NCBI GenBank assembly: GCA_037481775.1
Contig: JBBFKZ010000014.1
Coordinates: 1 to 45,976, forward strand
Length of the DNA stretch: 45,976 nucleotides
Direction: 5' to 3'
Source of the DNA: Candidatus Bathyarchaeia archaeon
GTDB lineage: Archaea > Thermoproteota > Bathyarchaeia > Bathyarchaeales > Bathycorpusculaceae
How positions within the stretch are numbered: position 1 is the first letter of the stretch; each line of letters opens with the position of its first letter. The notes below the pieces were generated by a model. It did not search any database. It worked only from the letters and a program-made list of their open reading frames with translations, and was not told the DNA's origin. The position numbers were made by a program, and so were the translations under genes. Shown here one piece after another: positions 36,782-45,976 of the stretch.

Positions 36782-36825
36782 TGTTCAAACTTGTTGTACG
36801 TTTGTACAAAAGAATTGCATTATAT
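36782..36825 (+). promoter_or_regulatory. TGTWC-N8-TGTAC-N3-TGTWC operator plus TATA (copy 2)
   Basis: Motifs at 36782, 36795 and 36803, with TTATAT at 36820. Confidence 0.55.
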
Positions 36826-36860
36826 CAGACGCCAAAATCAAACTACAGAGAGAAGAGTGG

Positions 36861-37715
36861 ATGAGAATGGCATCGAATGATAAAAACGCGATCATTAAGA
36901 ACATACTTGCAGGAATCTTGATGGCAACAGGCTTGTTTTCAGCTACAGTATTTCTTAGCAATTCTTGGATAAAACTTGCAATAGTTGGCTTACTTGTTAC
37001 CAATGGAATACTCTGGTTGATATTTCAGGGCATCTTGAGAAAAACCATCAAGTACGTGGTACTAGGAATAATGATTTTCACGGTAAGTTTTTCAATATTT
37101 GAGAAATACACATTTTGGAATGCTGGTTCTCCTCCAGCTTTTGCACCTTTCCAACCTGGCGTCACAGTATCATACGCAAATATTCTGAACGTTTCCTTGA
37201 CAGAGATAGTACAAAGTGTCAAGAATTCGCCGGCGTTTGGTCTAATAGGTTTAGAATATCCGGGCATAATCACTTTTGAATCGATGAAGTTGGATACGAC
37301 TTTTGGAGGCGGAAGCATAGAAGTTTTGTTTTATCAGAAAGCGTCTAATATGGGTTTCAGGTTTGTGTCTAGTAGCGGCCAACCTTATCGATTGTCGATT
37401 TTCTTTTGGAATGGTCAGCCTTTTTCAAGTATGTTTCCCCAAAAGCAGACTCCTGAAGAAACACTTGAACGTATTGACAGTTTAGGCTTAAGGTGGTTCT
37501 ATAATCGTGCTGCAGAAGCCTACCAGAATACGACTGGAAAAATCCCACAGGTAAACGCCTTGCAGATTTCTATTCAATGGGAAAATTACGGTAACTACCA
37601 AGGAATAACATTGTTGCTTATAGGATTATATCATAGCACTTTTGTTAACCAAAGTGTTTTCTTTGCTGATTTTCAGCCAGATGGAACCTTACTTTATCTA
37701 AACGTTGCCCCTTAA
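36861..37715 (+). CDS. Hypothetical membrane protein (3 N-terminal TM plus extracytoplasmic domain)
   Basis: Hydrophobic N-terminus in a long ORF with its own promoter. Confidence 0.7.
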   Translation: MRMASNDKNAIIKNILAGILMATGLFSATVFLSNSWIKLAIVGLLVTNGILWLIFQGILRKTIKYVVLGIMIFTVSFSIFEKYTFWNAGSPPAFAPFQPGVTVSYANILNVSLTEIVQSVKNSPAFGLIGLEYPGIITFESMKLDTTFGGGSIEVLFYQKASNMGFRFVSSSGQPYRLSIFFWNGQPFSSMFPQKQTPEETLERIDSLGLRWFYNRAAEAYQNTTGKIPQVNALQISIQWENYGNYQGITLLLIGLYHSTFVNQSVFFADFQPDGTLLYLNVAP

Positions 37716-37823
37716 ACTACGTCAATTGAATTAGTGCAATAAAGTTTTATATGGAAGTTCAACTTTCCCTAGAAAAGTTAGTCGGCAGGATTCCCGACCA
37801 GAACAAAGTTGTGAGGGAGAAAA

Positions 37824-39311
37824 ATGGCGGATATACTTTTAACGGCTGATAGAACCCTCATGAGCAATTATCACAATAACGAGTTCCTGGGGTTTGGAAC
37901 ATGCGCTCCTCCAAACTTCCTGCCCGAATGGTTCTACAGCTTCCTATTTTTCCCACCAATAAAAGAAAGCAAAGGAATCCCGGCGGCAGCACCCTACGGC
38001 TTAAGAAAAATTGAAGCCCAACTGCTAAAGGAAGGCTTTGACGTAGCAACAGTAAGCCCTGATCACATAGAAGACTACATCACCAGCGCAAAGGTATTAG
38101 GCGTCCATACGATGGACCCCTTCGGCTTAGGTCCAGCTTCCACGACGCTTGCAGCCATTTTTAAAAAAGAACCATACTTAGCAAAGTACTTCCAAATTTT
38201 ACTCAGCAATCCCGCAGTTAAGAAAGCGAAGAAGCGTGGGTTGAAAATTATAATTGGAGGTCCAGGCGCCTGGCAGTTCCGATACAGGCAGAAATTTGTT
38301 GAAAAGCACGAAATAGACTGCATAGTCGAAGGAGAAGCTGAAAAGGTTATCGGCAAATTCTTCAGAGACGCCCTTGAAAGCAAGGATTTACCAAAATATT
38401 ATGAAGTTAGCGTCAGCGAAGCACCTGCCTTGGCAGAAATCCCAGACATAGTTAATCCTTCAATCAATGGTTTAGTCGAGATTGGCAGGGGCTGCTGCAG
38501 GGGCTGCGAATTCTGCAATGTAACTTTGAGGCCTCTGCGTTGGTATCCACTTGAGAAGATAAAGCGGGAAATAACACTTAACGTTACGTCTGGAAAAGTA
38601 GGTGGATGCTGTCTTCACGCGGAAGACGTAATGCTGTATGGCTCAAGAAACACGAAGCCAAACGAGGAGAAGCTTATAAAACTTCACGAGTTCGTAGTGA
38701 AAAGCAATAACGGCGGAATAAGCTGGAGCCACTGTTCCCTGGCTGCAGTGGCTTCAAACCCGAAGCTTTTCGCAAAACTCTCTGAAATCATACTGCAAAA
38801 GCAGGCATGGTGGGGCGCGGAAATAGGCATTGAAACAGGTTCCCGGGAACTAGCCAAAAAGATCATGCCAGCCAAAGCGCACCCGTTCAAGGCGGAAAAG
38901 TGGCCAGAAGTTGTTAAAACCGGTATGGAGCTTATGCATGACAACAGGCTGGTTCCAGCATGCACATTAATCGTAGGGCTCCCGGAAGAAACAGAGGACG
39001 ACATCATCAGAACAATAGAGCTGATGGATGATCTTAAGAATGTTCGAAGCTTGATTGTGCCCTTATTTTTTGTTCCTTTGGGCCGACTAAAGCAGAGAGA
39101 CTGGTTCAAGCGCGCGGAATTAACCGACTTGCATAAGCAACTGCTGTTTCAATGCGTAGAGCATGATTTCCGCTGGGTGGATGACCTGCTGGAGTTATCG
39201 TTCAGAGACAAATGGTACGGGCGTTTCTTGCGAGAATTCTATAGAGGCTTTGCAGGAATCGCCAAACGCAAAGTAAGGCAAATAGAGCAACCGCTCGTTT
39301 TAAATGGCTAA
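37824..39311 (+). CDS. Archaeal B12-binding-domain radical SAM protein
   Basis: APYGLRKIEA, GGPGAWQ, EIGRGCCRGCEFC (CxxxCxxC) and GIETGS. Confidence 0.85.
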   Translation: MADILLTADRTLMSNYHNNEFLGFGTCAPPNFLPEWFYSFLFFPPIKESKGIPAAAPYGLRKIEAQLLKEGFDVATVSPDHIEDYITSAKVLGVHTMDPFGLGPASTTLAAIFKKEPYLAKYFQILLSNPAVKKAKKRGLKIIIGGPGAWQFRYRQKFVEKHEIDCIVEGEAEKVIGKFFRDALESKDLPKYYEVSVSEAPALAEIPDIVNPSINGLVEIGRGCCRGCEFCNVTLRPLRWYPLEKIKREITLNVTSGKVGGCCLHAEDVMLYGSRNTKPNEEKLIKLHEFVVKSNNGGISWSHCSLAAVASNPKLFAKLSEIILQKQAWWGAEIGIETGSRELAKKIMPAKAHPFKAEKWPEVVKTGMELMHDNRLVPACTLIVGLPEETEDDIIRTIELMDDLKNVRSLIVPLFFVPLGRLKQRDWFKRAELTDLHKQLLFQCVEHDFRWVDDLLELSFRDKWYGRFLREFYRGFAGIAKRKVRQIEQPLVLNG

Positions 39312-39353
39312 CCTTAAATACTTTTGTGGAACTCTGCATTAATGCTCTGGTGT

Positions 39354-39430
39354 GCCGCCGTAGCTCAGCTAGGTAGAGCGGCTGGCTGTTAACCAGTCGG
39401 TCATAGGTTCAAGTCCTATCGGCGGCGCCA
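39354..39430 (+). tRNA. tRNA-Asn (GTT), intronless, CCA encoded
   Basis: Acceptor GCCGCCG/CGGCGGC, D-arm, anticodon loop CTGTTAA, GGTTCAAGTCC and an upstream TTAAATA. Confidence 0.96.
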
Positions 39431-39612
39431 AAACCCTTCTCTACTGGATTACTATTTTTCTAAGAGACTTTCTGCTGCCTGAAAAACACTACAACTGCCC
39501 TGAGGGTTAACTGAATTTGACTGCGGTGAATAACGCTTTTTTAAGCGATCACCCCTTTCCGAAACCTTAATTCAGTAGACGACGCAATTAAATTATAGCA
39601 GAGGCGAATTGC

Positions 39613-39753
39613 TTGGTAAAAGAAGAAGTTGAATTGCCTCGCTGTGACAGATGCAGAGAATTCATCGACAACTGCAAGTGTGCATGTCCATACTGCGGCG
39701 AAACTTCTGGTTGCGAATGCTGCATTGGCTACGGCAAAGCGACAGGCGGCTAA
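39613..39753 (+). CDS. 46-aa Cys-rich metal-binding protein (not in the ORF track)
   Basis: MVKEEVELPRCDRCREFIDNCKCACPYCGETSGCECCIGYGKATGG (9 Cys), with a GAGG RBS before TTG. Confidence 0.75.
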   Translation: MVKEEVELPRCDRCREFIDNCKCACPYCGETSGCECCIGYGKATGG

Positions 39754-39793
39754 AACACGTTTCTTCGCCTTATGTTATTCAGGTTGTGGAACG

Positions 39794-42674
<2,881 letters not shown>

Positions 42675-42735
42675 GCAACGCTGCACCGTAGAAAAATATT
42701 ATATTTTTAAATTTTATGCTAACTATAGAGTAGTC

Positions 42736-43176
42736 ATGAGTTTGGATGAGTATAGGCGCAAGCGAAATTTTCAGAAAACAACAGAGCCGAAAGGCGAGGA
42801 AGCCGGGATGGAAGGCAAGATATACGTGATTCAGAGACACGCTGCCACCCACTTGCACTTTGACCTGCGACTGGAAATGGACGGAGTGCTAAAAAGCTGG
42901 GCAGTTCCCAAAGAGCCACCCGTAGAGACAGGTGTAAAGCGGCTAGCAGTCCAAGTAGAAGATCATCCAATTGAGTATGCAAATTTTGAGGGCACCATAC
43001 CTGAAGGCGAATATGGTGCTGGAACAGTGGAAATCTGGGACAAAGGAACCTACACGCTAATTGATAGAAAAGAAGACAAACTAATAGTTGACATCGAAGG
43101 CAATAGACTACGTGGCACTTACGTGCTTATAAGGCTTAAGGACAAGAAAAACTGGCTCTTTTTCAAAAAGAAATAA
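42736..43176 (+). CDS. Stand-alone LigD 3'-phosphoesterase domain protein
   Basis: [35 protein letters not shown] and YGAG. Confidence 0.92.
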   Translation: MSLDEYRRKRNFQKTTEPKGEEAGMEGKIYVIQRHAATHLHFDLRLEMDGVLKSWAVPKEPPVETGVKRLAVQVEDHPIEYANFEGTIPEGEYGAGTVEIWDKGTYTLIDRKEDKLIVDIEGNRLRGTYVLIRLKDKKNWLFFKKK

Positions 43177-43270
43177 AACCAACCAACTTAACAAACGAGC
43201 CGAAAAGCGATTATTGACTTGTTATTGTAGAACCTCTCGAGGCAGAAAAAGGCAGCTGACCTTGAGGCTT

Positions 43271-43561
43271 TTACAGAACGGTTAATGTTCCGAATTTTCC
43301 AACGTTAAGCTGGATTTCACCCTTGAAGCTTGTAACGTAGCCATTTTCGATTCTTATTGTATCATTGACGTTTACTTGGTCGATCTGCTCGTTCCAAAGG
43401 GTCAGTTTTATGCTTCCCGTGTCATCAGCGATAACCGCGTCAGCTACAGTGTAAGTTTCATCCTTGTATCTGGACATAACTTGGCGGGGTATACCTTTCT
43501 CCACAACTTTGGCTTCAACATTAACGCGCTTCATCCCATTTTTCAATTCGCTAATTTTCAT
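43271..43561 (-). CDS. Single OB-fold ssDNA-binding protein (SSB/RPA-like)
   Basis: DDTGSIKLTLW, IENGYV and LNVGKFG. Confidence 0.88.
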   Translation of the reverse strand: MKISELKNGMKRVNVEAKVVEKGIPRQVMSRYKDETYTVADAVIADDTGSIKLTLWNEQIDQVNVNDTIRIENGYVTSFKGEIQLNVGKFGTLTVL

Positions 43562-43750
43562 TTTCTATCACCGCATTTTTCTAACGTGAACGCCTAGAAA
43601 GCCTTTTGCAAGGTTTCAGGCAAGTTTACTTGCAAAAAGTTCCCTTTAAACCATATAAATCTTGCTAGCTAACGCAGAAAGAGCCATAGAAATGTTGAAG
43701 CGCCGTTAAAAGGGGGGAGGCGCAATTTTTAATTTGGCATTTCAGTGCTG

Positions 43751-44995
43751 TTAAATTCCTAATAGGAAGCCCAGAATTATAACGGTCAAAAACAGGCTTA
43801 TACCTGATACAAAAAGGCACTTCATCCAGCTAAACGCTGCTGCACGGGTAACGCTTGCGTCAGGCGCGGTTTTCCCAAGTTGCTCCGCAATTTTCTCGTC
43901 GCCCGTTACGGCGCGAATGATGAAAGTGCCTAAAGCAATTATCCATAAGTAAAAGATGATTTGAACTACGCCTCCCACAGAGGAGACAAAGGAAATTGAG
44001 TTCAAAAGCACTTGGCGCGCCGCTTCATATTCTTCAGGAGGACCAGCTAGCACTTCAAGTGGGTAGTAAAGGTTGGGCAAGGTGGTGTAGACTACCGCGA
44101 TTATAAAGGCTTGTATAACCAAAACAACCAATGCGAAGCCAACAGCAATCATTAATGGCCGCCAAATTACATTACCGTTTAGCCCTTTAATCAGCACGTA
44201 CATCAGCCCAGTTAATAAGAGCCATTCAAAAAGGAACGGCGCAATCCCGGTTAGCGCCGCATTTGCGAAGTAAGAGACCCCATAAAGGTCCAGAAGTAGT
44301 TTGTAATCGCCTTTGAAAAACAGCTGATCAACTAACAAGTCAACATCCACGTGACTTGACCAAAGGAATTCCAGCTTCAACCCTGTTATGTTTTCCCACT
44401 TCGCTGTTGCATCGCTGGCTATCCAACCATAAGCGTCAGGGCCTAAGGGAAGGGTTATGTTGCTCCAGGCATCAGCAGCGCTGCTCTGGATCGCGCCAGT
44501 TAAGTCATAGCAAAAGCTTGAATCGCCGAGAGAATATAAACATAGAGAAGCTTTTGTAGGCTTTATGCCGCTTGGCGCCAGCTGCTTAACTCGGAAGGAG
44601 ACGTTGTGGAAGCCGCTGGAATCGCAGTTAATTGAGCCGTTGAAGCGTATTTCCATCCAGACATTACTAACGTTATGGGCTGTAAACTCTATGCTTGCCG
44701 CTGCATAAGTGCTGTTTATGTAGTCGACTGTGTTATTGCTGGCTGTGACGCCTTCGCTTACCTTCCAAAACGCGGCATTCTCAGTCCATAAATCTCCCTG
44801 CGCCATTAACGGTGCAGTTTGAGGCGTAGACAACTCAACATAGGAGCGCGATGCAGCCACGTAAGAACTGCCGACTTGTGCTAAAACGAAGAGCGCCAAT
44901 AGTAGAATAGGCCCGTAATAGCTGGTTTTTCCCAAGATTTCTTTAAATGCCTTATGAGGCGCGTATAGAATCTTTAGTATTTCTTTGATTGGCAC
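43751..44995 (-). CDS. Yip1-like membrane protein with a large extracytoplasmic insertion
   Basis: ILYAPHKAFKEI N-terminus, TM1, a ~190-aa soluble insert and then several TM helices. Confidence 0.6.
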   Translation of the reverse strand: MPIKEILKILYAPHKAFKEILGKTSYYGPILLLALFVLAQVGSSYVAASRSYVELSTPQTAPLMAQGDLWTENAAFWKVSEGVTASNNTVDYINSTYAAASIEFTAHNVSNVWMEIRFNGSINCDSSGFHNVSFRVKQLAPSGIKPTKASLCLYSLGDSSFCYDLTGAIQSSAADAWSNITLPLGPDAYGWIASDATAKWENITGLKLEFLWSSHVDVDLLVDQLFFKGDYKLLLDLYGVSYFANAALTGIAPFLFEWLLLTGLMYVLIKGLNGNVIWRPLMIAVGFALVVLVIQAFIIAVVYTTLPNLYYPLEVLAGPPEEYEAARQVLLNSISFVSSVGGVVQIIFYLWIIALGTFIIRAVTGDEKIAEQLGKTAPDASVTRAAAFSWMKCLFVSGISLFLTVIILGFLLGI

Positions 44996-45046
44996 GGGGG
45001 TTAAGCTCCGTTTATCACATCAACACACGCAGTTATTAACTGTTCG

Positions 45047-45976
45047 TTACAATCCAAGCTTCAGCCGCCGATAAGTTGGGTAGTCCACGTACTTCACAAA
45101 CGGGTTAGCAGCTTGTGCTTTGACAGTGAGCTCTTGGCGTCGTCTTTTATCAACAATTTGGCTTGTCGTCCTTAGGAGGTAAGCGTCACTTCCTGCTCCT
45201 GAACCGTAACTGGTGATTAGTACGAGTTCGTCAGGTTTGGCAATATCCAATATCGACGCCAAGCCTATGGGTGAGCAACCGGAGTAAGTGTTGCCGAACT
45301 TATTGATTTGAAGTGAAGCAGTGTATTGCTCGTCTTTGAAGCCAAGTTCCTTTGCTATTCTGACTGGAAACTGAGGATTAGGCTGATGCGTAACGAAATA
45401 GTTAATGTCGCTTGCTTTCAAATTGAGCTTTTCCATCAGCTTCACAGTTGCCTTTCGAACATGCTTAAAGTATGCGGGATCTCCTGTGAACCTCCCACCA
45501 TGCATTGGGAAAGGTTCTCCGTCCCTGCGCCAAAAGTCAGGCGTGTCGGAAGTGCATGAGTACCAACCTTCAATTTCAGCGATAACGTCATACTTACCAA
45601 AAATGAAGGCAGCGCCGCCGTAACCAACGAAGAGATCTAATTCTCCGCCGGGGCAGCCTCTAGGCGCAGCTTGAGAGTTATCCGCGCCAATAACCATAGT
45701 GTACTTTACACCTGCTCTTTCATAATTAACAAGAGAAACAGCGTCTTTGAACATGCTTGAGGCAGCTTTACATGCGAACTCGGTGTCTACCGCGTCAACT
45801 CCTTGCATATCTCCTTCTTCTTCTCCGAGCTTCAAGACTTGTGCAACCTTCGACGCGATAGGCTTAACAGCGTATGGATTGGACTCTGAGCCAACGTAGA
45901 TTTTGCCAACTAATGTGCTGTCGACGCCAGAATGGATTAGCGCTAGCTTTCCAGCTTCAACCGCGGCAGTCACAGC
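45047..45976 (-). CDS. Hydroxymethylglutaryl-CoA synthase (archaeal), 5' end outside the window
   Basis: VGSES, catalytic EFACK, DTPDFWRR, HQPN, GNTYSG and SYGSGAGSD. Confidence 0.95.
   Translation of the reverse strand, partial: AVTAAVEAGKLALIHSGVDSTLVGKIYVGSESNPYAVKPIASKVAQVLKLGEEEGDMQGVDAVDTEFACKAASSMFKDAVSLVNYERAGVKYTMVIGADNSQAAPRGCPGGELDLFVGYGGAAFIFGKYDVIAEIEGWYSCTSDTPDFWRRDGEPFPMHGGRFTGDPAYFKHVRKATVKLMEKLNLKASDINYFVTHQPNPQFPVRIAKELGFKDEQYTASLQINKFGNTYSGCSPIGLASILDIAKPDELVLITSYGSGAGSDAYLLRTTSQIVDKRRRQELTVKAQAANPFVKYVDYPTYRRLKLGL

Noticed and set aside
39629-39793. N-terminal extension of korA from the ORF track
   Set aside because: It overlaps the better supported Cys-rich ORF in another frame, and family similarity starts at ATG 39794.

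Overview
This is an archaeal chromosomal segment, most consistent with Bathyarchaeia (TACK). The evidence is gins23-mcm synteny, archaeal L3/L4/L23/L2/S19, archaeal HMG-CoA synthase, a NosD-type beta-helix surface protein, and GGTGA RBS and TATA promoters. Positions 1 to ~6110 are the right end of an accessory/defence island. It holds the end of a probable type I RM HsdR, a YgjP/M48 metallopeptidase, one intact and one decayed DUF3800 (RNase H-like) gene, a VapBC pair, an integrase-like Zn-ribbon remnant and two tRNA-3'-end (att-like) fragments. The main hidden signal is that each DUF3800 gene is followed directly by a structured element. Its G-U pattern favours the opposite strand, and each has a similar convergent TATA promoter about 24 nt from the predicted RNA 5' end, which suggests a DUF3800 protein plus small-RNA system. 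A third island element (4388-4508) has three mutually crossing helices. A separate ~205-nt end-paired RNA candidate with its own promoter and terminator lies upstream of an MgtE/PhoU-TrkA-C operon. The rest is mostly core genome: AhbD-like radical SAM fusion, ahcY, replication genes, r-proteins, a redox/copper cluster, porGDAB, tRNA-Asn, korAB, LigD phosphoesterase, SSB and HMG-CoA synthase. Three small ORFs missed by the track are also present. All calls are by eye, with no database searches run.
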